Part shown: piece after piece, positions 39,418-49,427 of the stretch | How the letters are laid out: each line of letters begins with the position of its first letter | Position numbering within the stretch: position 1 is the stretch's first letter | From: Nitrospinales bacterium | GTDB taxonomy: Bacteria; Nitrospinota; Nitrospinia; Nitrospinales; VA-1 | NCBI GenBank assembly: GCA_965223795.1 | Contig: CBDCXL010000002.1 | Coordinates: 1,280,001 to 1,344,000, forward strand | DNA length: 64,000 nucleotides | Direction: 5' to 3' | The notes under the pieces: model-generated | Database searches by the model: none | What the model saw: the letters and a program-made list of their open reading frames with translations, nothing else | Told to the model about the DNA's origin: nothing | Position numbers and translations under genes: made by a program

Positions 39418-40239
39418 TTATGATTTGCCCGGCGGCGGGGGATTTTTTCTGGCGAGCAGGTAGAACGTGTTGTGGGTTTGCAACAGGTGCGTGGCGATCC
39501 ACGCGAAGGCGCCGTAGCGCCGGGCACAGCAGGTTTTCATTTCCAGGATTTCGGCGCCCGCGGCCTCGAGCGTGCAGCGGACGAGAGCCGGGTCGATGCC
39601 GCCGAACCGCCTCTGGTAGTCGGAGAGGCGGTAGTCCTCTTCGAACACGGGAATCTGTTTCCAGCGCATGACCTGCCGATACCACGTTTCATCCATTCGG
39701 GCCAATATCCGGTGCAGCAGGTAGCCCAGGCGGGAGTGAATCTTTTGCCTGAGCGGCTCGAAAAAAATGAGCAGCACGCCTCCCGGATTGAGCCGGTGCA
39801 CGGCCTGTCTGATCACGGGGGTGTGATCGTAGAGATGATGCAGCAGGGCGGAGCAGACGATGGCGTCGTAGGATTCGGCGGTCGTCTGCAAAAAAGTCTC
39901 CACGTCCGCCTGCACCAGCTTGGAGCGTGCCGGATCCGGAACCCGTCTTTTGAGCACTTCCAGCATGTCCGGGGAAAGATCGACGCCGGTCATGCGGAAG
40001 CCGCGCTCCCACAGATCCAGATACAGATAGCCGGTTCCGCAGCCCAGATCGAGCACGCGGGTACCGCGCATGCGGGCGCACAACCGGCGCAGCGCTTTTT
40101 TGCGCACGCGGTCGATGAACCAGTTGGTCTGCTCGGGATGCCGCGCCAGATAAAACGCGCCCTCGCGCGCGTGCACACGGCGGTTTTCCGCGAGGATTTC
40201 TTTTTTAAGGGCGGCGGTGTTTGGAGACAGTGTGTTCAT
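39418..40239 (-). CDS. Class I SAM-dependent methyltransferase
   Basis: VLDLGCGTG, GVDLSPDML, LHH, LNPGG. Confidence 0.9.
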   Translation of the reverse strand: MNTLSPNTAALKKEILAENRRVHAREGAFYLARHPEQTNWFIDRVRKKALRRLCARMRGTRVLDLGCGTGYLYLDLWERGFRMTGVDLSPDMLEVLKRRVPDPARSKLVQADVETFLQTTAESYDAIVCSALLHHLYDHTPVIRQAVHRLNPGGVLLIFFEPLRQKIHSRLGYLLHRILARMDETWYRQVMRWKQIPVFEEDYRLSDYQRRFGGIDPALVRCTLEAAGAEILEMKTCCARRYGAFAWIATHLLQTHNTFYLLARKNPPPPGKS

Positions 40240-40246
40240 GTTGCGG

Positions 40247-41101
40247 TCACAAGGGTGCGGGCGATTTGCCGGAATAAAAAAAGCGTTTTTCCGTCTCCAC
40301 GGTCTCACACTCGTTGCAGTTTTCGCAAACGGCGGGAAAATCGCCCGAGCGGTGCTGCTCGCGCAGGGATTCGATGCGCCCCCGCCGCCACAGATCGGGA
40401 ATGCGGTCGCTCCAGGCGTTGCCCAGTGTGAGGCTGGCGTTGTAGTCGACGCAGCAGGGGATGACGGTGCCGTCCCACAGCACCACGAGCTTGCCGTAAT
40501 CCTTGCCGAAGGGTTCGGGGCAGGCGTCTTTGCGCGGGCTCTGGATCAGCTTGGGCTGGGTGCGGACGTGATCGACGATGTTCTCCCAGTGGCGGACATA
40601 GGTTTTCACATCCTGCCAGGTGTCCTCCTCCACGGTGAACACGACGCCCATGCTGAGCGCGGGCCGTTCGATCTCTTTTCTGCGCTTGAGTTTTAAAATG
40701 TTCTGTTCGATTTTTTCCAGCGGCACGCCGCGGATGCGCTCGAAGGTTTCCGCCGATCCGTCGATGGAAAAACGGATGATGCTGAGCGGCGATGCCAGGA
40801 TCTTGTCGATCATGCCGCTGGTGAGCAGGGTGCCGTTGGTATTCATGACGATGTGGCGGACGCCGCTGGCGCGGGCGTAGTCCAGCATGCGGAAGATGTC
40901 TTTATTGAGCAGCGGCTCGCCCCAGTTGTGCATGCACAGGTGCTCGAGCCCCGGCGTGTCGTCGATGACTTTTTTGAACAGTTCAAACGACATGAAGCCT
41001 TCGGGCCGGGTCATGCCTTCGGTGACGAAGCAAAACGAGCAGCGCAGGTTGCAGGTGTTGGTCGGCTCGATGATGAGCGAGGTGAGTTTTTGAACGCGCA
41101 T
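40247..41101 (-). CDS. Radical SAM protein with SPASM/twitch domain
   Basis: CNLRCSFC, GEPLL, TNG, C..PF...WDG.V.PCC, C..C. Confidence 0.9.
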   Translation of the reverse strand: MRVQKLTSLIIEPTNTCNLRCSFCFVTEGMTRPEGFMSFELFKKVIDDTPGLEHLCMHNWGEPLLNKDIFRMLDYARASGVRHIVMNTNGTLLTSGMIDKILASPLSIIRFSIDGSAETFERIRGVPLEKIEQNILKLKRRKEIERPALSMGVVFTVEEDTWQDVKTYVRHWENIVDHVRTQPKLIQSPRKDACPEPFGKDYGKLVVLWDGTVIPCCVDYNASLTLGNAWSDRIPDLWRRGRIESLREQHRSGDFPAVCENCNECETVETEKRFFYSGKSPAPL

Positions 41102-42036
41102 CAGTCCACGGTCTCCCGCACGACGTAGTCGGGCCGGTTCTGGATCTGAAGGTGGACGCGGCCCAGGTATTCCCCCAGGAATCCGATCGACAGCAGCTGC
41201 ACGCCCGCCAGGAAGGCGAACGCCGCCGACAAAACGATGAACCCTTCGATGAGGATGCCCTGTATCACACGCTGATAGAGAAGAAACAGCATCAGCGCGA
41301 ACCCGGTGCCGGCGCCGAGCAGCCCCAGGTAGGTCACGGCGCGCAGCGGCAGGTTGGAATAGCCGGTGACCATGTCCCAGGTGAGCTGAACGAGGTTGAA
41401 CAGCGAGTACTTGGTATTGCCCTTGAGACGGTCGTGGTGCTCCACTTTGATCTCTGCGGAAGGCAGCCCCATCCAGCTCATGAACACCGCCATGTAGCGC
41501 GAACGGTCGCTGGCGGCGGTCACTTTTTCGACCACGCCTTTGCGCATGGCGCGGAACGAACTCAAGTTGAGGCGGAATTTCTTGCCGAATAGAAGCCGGG
41601 CGATGCCGTGCAGGGCCTTCGATCCCGCGACGCGCAGCAGCCCGTCGCGGCGTTTTTTGGGAACGGTGGTGACCAGCTGCACCTCTCCGGTGAGCGCGGC
41701 GAGCAGTTTCGGGATCTCTTCGGGTGGATGCTGCAAATCGGAGTCGATTTGCACGATGCGCTCGCCGCGGCAGGCGCGAAAACCCGCGAGCACCGCCGCC
41801 TGCTGGCCGAAATTGCGGGTGAAGCGGACCAGCCGGATTGTGCTGTCGCTCTGCTTGTATCGTTTGAGAATGTCGAAGGTGCCGTCGGTGCTGCCGTCGT
41901 CCACGAACACCAATTCATAGCTCACCGCCAGATTGGCGCACACCTTTTTCAGCCGGTCGCACAACTCGGGCAGAATGGGCGCTTCGTTGTAGACGGGAAT
42001 GACGATGGAGACCGCGACCGCATCCTCTTTAGACAT
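41101..42036 (-). CDS. GT2 polyprenyl-phosphate glycosyltransferase (ArnC/GtrB-like)
   Basis: IPVYNE, DDGSTD, RNFGQ, DSDLQHPPE, two C-terminal TMs, GEYLGR. Confidence 0.9.
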   Translation of the reverse strand: MSKEDAVAVSIVIPVYNEAPILPELCDRLKKVCANLAVSYELVFVDDGSTDGTFDILKRYKQSDSTIRLVRFTRNFGQQAAVLAGFRACRGERIVQIDSDLQHPPEEIPKLLAALTGEVQLVTTVPKKRRDGLLRVAGSKALHGIARLLFGKKFRLNLSSFRAMRKGVVEKVTAASDRSRYMAVFMSWMGLPSAEIKVEHHDRLKGNTKYSLFNLVQLTWDMVTGYSNLPLRAVTYLGLLGAGTGFALMLFLLYQRVIQGILIEGFIVLSAAFAFLAGVQLLSIGFLGEYLGRVHLQIQNRPDYVVRETVD

Positions 42037-43225
42037 TGCAGTGCGGCTGGGCGGCCAGCTCTTTTTGCGGCGTTTCGTCGAACACGCCGGCTTTCACGCG
42101 GATGGGCTCCACGGGTGGGCCCTGCCGGCCGATGTATTCGGACTGGCAGCAGCCCAGGCAGCCGGGAAAGATCTTTTCCTTTTTCAGCAGACGGCGGAAC
42201 TCCTTCGCCCGAGCGGAATGCCAGGGGACCTCGCCGGTCTCAGGGTCCAAACTGCCCAAACGGTAGTGCGGGCAGCTGAACACATCGCCGTAGGCGGACA
42301 CCGCCATCTTGGTCCAGGGCACGCGGCAGCGGTAGTCGGTGTAGCGGCTTTCGTTGGAATAGTAGCGCACGATCTCCTCGGGCGTGATGAAGTTGGGGGA
42401 AAACCGAAGCTTGGTGGCGTGGGTGCGGCTGCTGTGGGTGAGCTTGGCGAGCTGCTCTCCCAGCACCAGCGGGGAGATCTCTTCCACCGGCTGGGTCGGC
42501 GTTTTCAGGTGGCGGTCCTGATTGTAGTCCTTGCCGTGCCAGTAGGTGGCGGGGTTTTCCAGCACGAAATTGCAGACGTTGACCCCCAGGCTGTTGGCGT
42601 AGTCGTACAGCGGGGCGAGGTCCATGACGTTGGCGCGGTTGATCACGCAGGTGAGGTGGATGAGCGGATACGGGCTGCCCCGCTCCTTGCGCCGTTTCAC
42701 CAGCCGTTCGAGTCCCTGGGTGGTTTTTTTGAACGAGCCTGCGACCGTGGTGATGCGATCGTGCAGCGCTTCGTGCCCTTCGAGCGACACGCCCACGTAA
42801 AACAGGCCCGATCCCCAGATCGAACGGACCTTCAGGTCCAGCAGGCGTTCCACCACCGGTTCCGAGAGCGGCGTGCCGTTGGTGATGACGTGCACTTTGT
42901 GACGCCGCCCGGCGTAGCGCAGGATCTCCAGGAAATCGGCTTTCATGAAGGCTTCGCCGCCGGTGAAGGTGATCAGCATGCGGCGCGGCACGGCATCGAT
43001 CGCGCGCTTGACTTCGTCGGTGCTCAGCTCGTTTTTATACGTCCGGTTGGTTTCGGTGTCCTCGATGATCTCCAGGTAATGGCACATGTCGCAACGCAGG
43101 TTGCAGCGGTAGGTCACCTCGAAAAAAGTCTGCACCGGCGGGAACGAGGACTCCGGGCGGAAATGAAAGGGCAGAAAAGAATACACCCTCGGCAGTATCT
43201 TCTGTAAAAAGCGAAAGTTCAGCAT
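42029..43225 (-). CDS. Radical SAM protein with SPASM/twitch domain
   Basis: CNLRCDMC, TGGE, TNG, CRVPW...GDVFSC, C.GCC. Confidence 0.9.
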   Translation of the reverse strand: MLNFRFLQKILPRVYSFLPFHFRPESSFPPVQTFFEVTYRCNLRCDMCHYLEIIEDTETNRTYKNELSTDEVKRAIDAVPRRMLITFTGGEAFMKADFLEILRYAGRRHKVHVITNGTPLSEPVVERLLDLKVRSIWGSGLFYVGVSLEGHEALHDRITTVAGSFKKTTQGLERLVKRRKERGSPYPLIHLTCVINRANVMDLAPLYDYANSLGVNVCNFVLENPATYWHGKDYNQDRHLKTPTQPVEEISPLVLGEQLAKLTHSSRTHATKLRFSPNFITPEEIVRYYSNESRYTDYRCRVPWTKMAVSAYGDVFSCPHYRLGSLDPETGEVPWHSARAKEFRRLLKKEKIFPGCLGCCQSEYIGRQGPPVEPIRVKAGVFDETPQKELAAQPHCNV

Positions 43226-43246
43226 GGATGAAACGTTTTCCCGGTT

Positions 43247-43954
43247 TCAGGCTGCGGGCGCGTTGCAACCGCTGCGGCTGCCGGAGGCGATGATTTCCAG
43301 GCTCGCGTCTCCGGCGTTGAACAACAGGTCGATCGCCGAAACGTAGGGGACGAATCCCGGATGACGCTGCGGGTAGTGCGGGTGCCGGTAATTCTGGAAC
43401 TCCAGATCGATCCCGTGGCCGGCGAACGCCGAGGTCGAAAGGTATGCGCGCGCGGCCTCGCCGCTCAGATAGTGCGTCGCGCCCAATCGCAGGCAAAGGG
43501 CGAGGATTTTTTCCTCCCGCTTCGCATCCACTTGCAACTCAGAGGATTTTACCGTGCGTGCGGGGATTGTGAAAGCCTTTTTCAAATGCCCGGTGGTTTC
43601 CAGGCACAGGTCCAGAAGCCAGGTCCAGCGCCTGTCGTACAGGGAATCAAAGTACGGAAAATGCGTCTCGAAATGCGGCGCTTTGGCGTAGTTGCAGCGG
43701 ATCGCCTCCCTGTGCTTGCGCCGCCAGGGAACCGACGTGTCGATGCGAGTTTCCTTCAGGCTCTGCCGGTGCTTCTGAATCACGGGAACGGTGAGCCACA
43801 TCCAGCCGGTGCGCGTGCGGATGCGGTTGCGGTTTCTCCAGTCGCGCCGGGTGAACTGCACATCGTCCAGATAAACAAAGGTGTCCACGCGGTTCATCTG
43901 GTCGAAATAGCCGAGCCAGGGAAGGTAGGAGGGCTGCAGGATGGCAAGGCGCAT
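43247..43954 (-). CDS. WbqC-family protein
   Basis: QPSYLPWLGYF, DDVQF..RDWRNRNRI, YLSG, Y.Q...F....S.IDLLFN.G. Confidence 0.92.
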   Translation of the reverse strand: MRLAILQPSYLPWLGYFDQMNRVDTFVYLDDVQFTRRDWRNRNRIRTRTGWMWLTVPVIQKHRQSLKETRIDTSVPWRRKHREAIRCNYAKAPHFETHFPYFDSLYDRRWTWLLDLCLETTGHLKKAFTIPARTVKSSELQVDAKREEKILALCLRLGATHYLSGEAARAYLSTSAFAGHGIDLEFQNYRHPHYPQRHPGFVPYVSAIDLLFNAGDASLEIIASGSRSGCNAPAA

Positions 43955-43988
43955 GGCGTCAGCTCACTCCGTTGCGGCGCGCGCGGTT

Positions 43989-45056
43989 TCAGACGGCATC
44001 GCAGCGGCTTGCGGCCGGGTTTTCGCGCATCGTCGGGACCGATTTCGCGTTGTCGCCCCAAAGTTCTTTCATCCACAGAAATTTCTGCCACCAGCCGCGG
44101 TTGCGCACGTAAAAATCGACCGTGCGCGCCAGGCCCTCGTCGAGGGAGACACGGGCTTCCCAGCCGAGCAGGCGCTTGGCTTTCCAGGTGGAGGAAATGT
44201 GCCGGGAGACCTGGCCGGGACGGTCGTCGATGTGCTTGAGGTAGGATTCCGGCAGGTTCAAAAGCGCGAGCACTTTCTCGGCGATGGTCTGCACGGAAGT
44301 GTCGATGCCGGTGCCGAGGTTGAGGGTCTCGCCGATCACTGCCTCCGCATCGGTCTCCAGGAGGCGGCACAATGCCTCGCAGGTGTCCTCGACGTACATC
44401 CAGTCGCGCGTGCTTTCGCCATTGCCGTGGACGGTGAGGGGCTGCTCCAGCAGTGCGCTGACGATGAAGTTGGGGATGGCTTTTTCCAGGTGCTGGCAGG
44501 GGCCGTAGTTGTTGAACGGACGCACGATGACGGCGGGGATGCCGTAGGTATGGACGTAGGAATACACCAGCCGGTCGGCGCCGGCCTTGGCGGCGGCGTA
44601 GGGGCTCATCGGGTTGAGCGGGTGCTGCTCGTCCATCGGGCTGTGCAGGGCGGTGCCGTACACTTCCGAGGAGGAGATGTGGATGAACCGCTCCACCGGG
44701 TGGTTGGCGATGGCGTTGGCGATCACCTGGGTGCCGATCACGTCGGTCTCGAAGAACAGCGAGTTGTCGTAGATCGAGCGGGTGACGTGCGATTCCGCGG
44801 CGAAATGCACGACGACGTCGCTTTGCGCCACCAGCTTGTTGACGATGTCGGGCTGGGTGATGTTGCCGTGGTAGAAGGCGAAGTGGCCGTTCTGCTTGAT
44901 GCTGTCGTCGATGCTGTCGAGGTTGCCGGCGTAGGTGAGTGCATCGAGCAGCAGGATGCGGTGGCCCGGACGGTGCTTGTGAATGTAATTGATGAAGTTG
45001 CTGCCGATGAATCCGGCGCCGCCGGTGACGAGGATGGTCTTGTTGTCGAATCGCAT
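43989..45056 (-). CDS. rfbB: dTDP-glucose 4,6-dehydratase-like NDP-sugar dehydratase
   Basis: TGGAGFIGSNF, DALTYAGN, HFAAESHV.RSI, SPYAAAK, NNYGP. Confidence 0.85.
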   Translation of the reverse strand: MRFDNKTILVTGGAGFIGSNFINYIHKHRPGHRILLLDALTYAGNLDSIDDSIKQNGHFAFYHGNITQPDIVNKLVAQSDVVVHFAAESHVTRSIYDNSLFFETDVIGTQVIANAIANHPVERFIHISSSEVYGTALHSPMDEQHPLNPMSPYAAAKAGADRLVYSYVHTYGIPAVIVRPFNNYGPCQHLEKAIPNFIVSALLEQPLTVHGNGESTRDWMYVEDTCEALCRLLETDAEAVIGETLNLGTGIDTSVQTIAEKVLALLNLPESYLKHIDDRPGQVSRHISSTWKAKRLLGWEARVSLDEGLARTVDFYVRNRGWWQKFLWMKELWGDNAKSVPTMRENPAASRCDAV

Positions 45057-45267
45057 GCGCCCTTGTGGGAAAAAGAGGACAACGGGGAAACGCGGAGGCA
45101 GCCCCTCACGCAGTTCCACTCAGTTTCTTTGCGGGTTTTTTTGAAAAGGGCTTTAGCTGTTTTTTGGTGTTTTACGCGGAAGAACACAAAGGCCCCACCA
45201 GAACAGGAGGGGCCTTTTCAAAACACGCTCTGAATGTGAAACAACGATAAACCTGATGCCGCTTCGG

Positions 45268-45930
45268 TCAAATCATCCGGACCAATTCCTGAATGCTCTT
45301 CTCGATGCCGTCGGCCACTTCCGAGATGGTCTGCCCCAACATGTAGGCGGGCGTCGAGACGATCTTGTTTTTCGTGTCGAGCACAACTTCCTGCACGGCG
45401 CAGTCCTGGTGGCGGCTGCCCATCTTTTCGATCTTGGCGCTGGTGTCCTTGTCGTTGCCGATGGTGAGCGTCGGATGCACGTCGCCGCCTTCGTAGATCT
45501 TGGCGAACATGGCGGGCGCGATGCAGGCGACGCCCTGCGGTTTCTGCTTGGCGGCGAACTCGCGCACCAGCCGGGTCACTTCCGGATGCACGGAGCAGTT
45601 CTCGCCGTTGACGGCGAAGTCGGACAGGTTCTTGGCGGCGCCAAAGCCGCCGGGGAAAAACAGGGCGTCGATGTCGTCCGCCTTGACCTCGGCGATGTCC
45701 TTGATGTTGCCGCGGGCGATGCGCGCCGATTCGACGAGGACGTTTCGTTTTTCGTTCATCTCCTCGCCGTTCAGATGATTGATGACATGCATCTGGTCCA
45801 CGTTGGGCGCCATGCAGACCGCCTCGGCGCCCGCGCGGTCGATGGCGAGCAGGGTGATGACGGATTCGTGGATCTCCGCGCCGTCGTACACGCCGCAACC
45901 GGCAAGCACCACGCCAATTTTCTTTTTCAT
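45268..45930 (-). CDS. elbB: ElbB glyoxalase (DJ-1 superfamily)
   Basis: GCGVYDGAEIHE, RNVLVESARIARG, PGGFGAAKNLS, STPAYM. Confidence 0.95.
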   Translation of the reverse strand: MKKKIGVVLAGCGVYDGAEIHESVITLLAIDRAGAEAVCMAPNVDQMHVINHLNGEEMNEKRNVLVESARIARGNIKDIAEVKADDIDALFFPGGFGAAKNLSDFAVNGENCSVHPEVTRLVREFAAKQKPQGVACIAPAMFAKIYEGGDVHPTLTIGNDKDTSAKIEKMGSRHQDCAVQEVVLDTKNKIVSTPAYMLGQTISEVADGIEKSIQELVRMI

Positions 45931-46049
45931 GATCGACCTCCCGCAACTTGCGAATCGCTGGTTTTACAATCGGTTTGGAATGGCGCCAGTGTACCACCGG
46001 GCGGCAGCCGACTCAACGGGAACCTCGGAGCGAAAACGCGCGCCGCACC

Positions 46050-47852
46050 CTAGCCTTTGAAATGGTTGGTGATGGGCAGCCTGCGGTCCTTACCGAAGGC
46101 TTTGGGCGTGATCTTGATGCCGGGCGCGCCCTGGCGGCGCTTGTATTCGTTGATGTCGACGAGGCGCACGATGCGCCGGACTTCTTCCGCGGTGAGCGGC
46201 TTGCCGCCGATCTTTTCGACCGGCTTGTCCTCTTCGATGTAGCGCAGCAGCACGCGGTCGAGCAGATCGTAGGGCGGCAGGGAATCGGTGTCCTTCTGGT
46301 CGGGCCGAAGCTCCGCCGAGGGGGGCTTGGTGATGATGTTTTCCGGGATGATCTCGCGGCCTTCCTTCAGGTTGACCCAGCGCGACAGCTCATACACCCA
46401 GGTCTTGGGCACGTCCTTGAGCACGGCGAAGCCGCCCGCCATGTCGCCGTACAGGGTGCAGTAACCGACGCTCAGCTCGCTCTTGTTGCCGGTGGTGAGC
46501 ACCAGCCAGCCGAATTTGTTGGACAGCGCCATGAGCAGGTTGCCGCGGATGCGAGCCTGCAGGTTCTCTTCGGTCACATCCGGCTGGCAGTCCTCGAACA
46601 GCGGCGCGAGGATGGCGTCGTAGACCTGCATGGCGGGCTCGATGGCAAGGGTGTGGGTGACGATGTTCAGGTTGCGGCCCAGGTCGAGCGAATCGTTCAC
46701 GCTGTGATCCGAGGAATGCGGCGACGGCATGAGCACGCCGACGACATTATCCGCTCCCAGCGCATCGACCGCGAGCGCGGCGGTGAGCCCGGAATCGATG
46801 CCGCCGCTCAATCCGATGACGGCTTTTTTGAATCCGTTTTTCACCAGGTAGTCGCGCGTGCCCAGAACCAGCGCGTGATACAGCTCCTCCCAGCCGCTCT
46901 GCCTGCGGAAGTGGCGTTCGGGCAGGCCTTTCTTCGGCGTTTTGTGTTTCGCCGCGGCGGCGCGGTAGGTCCTGATGCCGGCGGGGGCTTTCCTCGCGGC
47001 GCCGCTTTTTTGCGTTTTGGGCCGCACGTCGAGGTCCACGTAAATCATCTCTTCCTCGAAGGCGTTGCCCTGCGCCAGAATCGCGCCGTCGGGCGCGACC
47101 ACGAGGCTCTGGCCGTCGAACACCAGTTCGTCCTGGCCGCCGATGAGATTGGCGTAAACAATATAGGCCTTGTAGCGGCGGGCGCGATCCTTCAGCATGG
47201 TTTCGCGCAGTTCGCCTTTGCCTTTGTGATACGGCGAGGAGGAGATATTGAGCAGCACGTCCACCTTGCCCTGGGCGCACAGGCTTTTCCCCGGCCCGTC
47301 CTCGACCCAGAGATCCTCGCAGACCGTGAGTCCGAGCGTCGCGCCGTTCTGGGTGAAACGGACGCATTGCCGCCCTTCGGTGAAATAACGCTTCTCGTCG
47401 AACACGCCGTAATTGGGCAGCCGCATCTTGCGGTAGCTGCCGAGCCACTTGCCGTCCGAAAGCAGGGCGGCGGCGTTGTACAGGGTCTTGCCCTCGGCTT
47501 CCACGTACCCGACCACGGCGGTGATGCCTTTGGTCTTCGGCACCAGGCGCTTCAACGCGGCGGTGTTTTCGCGGATGAATTTTTCCTTGAGCAGAAGATC
47601 TTCGGGCGGATATCCCGTGAGCGTCAATTCGGGGAAGAGAACCACGTCCGCCTGATGCTGCTTCGCCTCTTTCAGCGCGGCACCGATTCTGTCCGCGTTG
47701 TGGCTGAAACCGCCGACGATGGTGTTGATCTGCGCCAGCGCCAGCCGCAGGCCCGCCTGCGGCGTGGCCGCGGACCGGGATCGGGCGTTCCGCCGTTTCG
47801 GGGCGGCGGTTTTTTTTGAAGATTTTTTTTTCGGAGACCGCTTTGGATTCAA
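46050..47852 (-). CDS. nadE: Glutamine-dependent NAD+ synthetase
   Basis: FPEL..GYPPEDLL, LPNYGVFDEKRYF, CEDLW, GLSGGIDS, ENLQARIRG, TGNKSE. Confidence 0.96.
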   Translation of the reverse strand: MNPKRSPKKKSSKKTAAPKRRNARSRSAATPQAGLRLALAQINTIVGGFSHNADRIGAALKEAKQHQADVVLFPELTLTGYPPEDLLLKEKFIRENTAALKRLVPKTKGITAVVGYVEAEGKTLYNAAALLSDGKWLGSYRKMRLPNYGVFDEKRYFTEGRQCVRFTQNGATLGLTVCEDLWVEDGPGKSLCAQGKVDVLLNISSSPYHKGKGELRETMLKDRARRYKAYIVYANLIGGQDELVFDGQSLVVAPDGAILAQGNAFEEEMIYVDLDVRPKTQKSGAARKAPAGIRTYRAAAAKHKTPKKGLPERHFRRQSGWEELYHALVLGTRDYLVKNGFKKAVIGLSGGIDSGLTAALAVDALGADNVVGVLMPSPHSSDHSVNDSLDLGRNLNIVTHTLAIEPAMQVYDAILAPLFEDCQPDVTEENLQARIRGNLLMALSNKFGWLVLTTGNKSELSVGYCTLYGDMAGGFAVLKDVPKTWVYELSRWVNLKEGREIIPENIITKPPSAELRPDQKDTDSLPPYDLLDRVLLRYIEEDKPVEKIGGKPLTAEEVRRIVRLVDINEYKRRQGAPGIKITPKAFGKDRRLPITNHFKG

Positions 47853-48043
47853 GAGAAAATTTCGGGATGCGCCGCGGGATGTGCCGCCTGGAGAGATGGA
47901 ATTTGCCCGCGCTCTTTTTTTGCAGCGCGGGTGCGTTTATACTGGCAGGGACGATTATACACCAATTGCGCCCGAATCGTTTCCCCGCTCCGGCGCCGCG
48001 CAAAACGGAGTGCGGGATACGCCAGGTTAAAAAGTTTCGAACC

Positions 48044-48457
48044 ATGAATCCCGGCCCGGTCGAACAGAGCATCCGGCAGTCCATCGAGAAAAACGGTTTC
48101 CCGGCTAAAACCGTGCGCCTGCCGTTCAAACCGGTGTACCAAAGCTGCAAGCAGCACCGGACTTCGTTGAGCGCGGTGCTGAAAAACCTGGAGGCGGAAA
48201 ACATCTACGGCCGCATCCAGGGCGACCACATCGCTTTCCGCACGCGCGAGCGGCTGGAAGAACACGTGCGGCGCGAGGCGGACACCGGTCCGTCCGCCGA
48301 GACGGGCGGCTGGTTCGACGCGGCGCAGGACTCGCTCAAGAACCTGACGCCGGAACAACTGGACCAGCTCAAAAGCCAGGTGAACAACATGAGCGATGAA
48401 GAAAAACAGAATCTCATGCAACTGTTCTCCGAGCAGTTCAAACCGAAACCGCTCTGA
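48044..48457 (+). CDS. Hypothetical protein
   Basis: ORF with host-like codon usage; ATG at 48044; 9 bp upstream of the next gene. Confidence 0.6.
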   Translation: MNPGPVEQSIRQSIEKNGFPAKTVRLPFKPVYQSCKQHRTSLSAVLKNLEAENIYGRIQGDHIAFRTRERLEEHVRREADTGPSAETGGWFDAAQDSLKNLTPEQLDQLKSQVNNMSDEEKQNLMQLFSEQFKPKPL

Positions 48458-48466
48458 ATCTCCGTC

Positions 48467-49348
48467 ATGCTCATCTTCGCCAAAGACATCACCCAGCGCG
48501 ATCACAAACACGCGCACGAGGACCGCGACCCGCAGCTGAAAGCCTACATGGAGTACCAGCGGCGGCTGTTCCCGTACACGTTCGTGCGCGCCGGGCTGGA
48601 CCTGGCGTACAAGGAACTGGACGACATCCTCAATTACATCGACAACGACCACCAGCCGCCCGCCGATTCGACGCGCCGGGACTTCCCGGCGGACATCCCC
48701 GCCTGGTACCGCGACCGGTTTCCCTGGAGCGCGGCGTTCCTCGACATGGAGAGCATGCACGCGGCGCTGGTGCACCTGATCCAGGCAATGGACTCGTTCC
48801 GCACGGAAGAGATCCCCAACACCTACCACCTCGCGGTGCTGTACGATTCGGTGCACAACATCGTGGTTCTCTACAACGCGCTGCTGGCGGAGTCCGAGGG
48901 GGACGCGCGCAACATCCACCTGAGCCAGAACGTGCCGGTGCATTTCGACGATTTCATCAACAACTACTGGCCGCACCTGCACTTCATGATCCTTTCCAAG
49001 CCGGACTTTCCACACACGCCGCTGCTGAAAAAAAACCAGGACATCGAAACGCGCATCCAGACCCTTCTGGGTGACGGCTCGGAGCCGCTCGAAGCTCTGG
49101 ATATCGCGGGCAAGGAATTCGGGCTGGCGGACAGTTCGCTGGCGCTGCTCAAGCGCGATCCGGTGAAAGCGGAGCACCTGTCCCTGGTTGCCGAACCGCA
49201 GGACCCGAAGCGGTTCGACGCGCTGTACAAAACCACGGCTGAGAGCGGCCGGTTCGGCGCGGTCTCGCCCATCGACCTGGATTACGAGCGCAACGCCGCG
49301 CACGCGCACGACGCCGGGGTTTCCTTCGCGGTGCCGCAACAAACCTGA
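48467..49348 (+). CDS. Hypothetical protein
   Basis: 293-aa ORF with host-like codon bias; no motif recognised. Confidence 0.7.
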   Translation: MLIFAKDITQRDHKHAHEDRDPQLKAYMEYQRRLFPYTFVRAGLDLAYKELDDILNYIDNDHQPPADSTRRDFPADIPAWYRDRFPWSAAFLDMESMHAALVHLIQAMDSFRTEEIPNTYHLAVLYDSVHNIVVLYNALLAESEGDARNIHLSQNVPVHFDDFINNYWPHLHFMILSKPDFPHTPLLKKNQDIETRIQTLLGDGSEPLEALDIAGKEFGLADSSLALLKRDPVKAEHLSLVAEPQDPKRFDALYKTTAESGRFGAVSPIDLDYERNAAHAHDAGVSFAVPQQT

Positions 49349-49427
49349 CCGCCGGTCCCCCGGCCGGAGGGAAAGAGTCCTCTCTTTACCTTAATTCGTA
49401 CGCAATCACAAAATCTGTTTGTGAAAA

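Noticed and set aside
6610..47852. Functional NAD cluster (nadA, HIT, SIR2, nadE)
   Set aside because: The genes are tens of kb apart in unrelated operons; no evidence of linkage.
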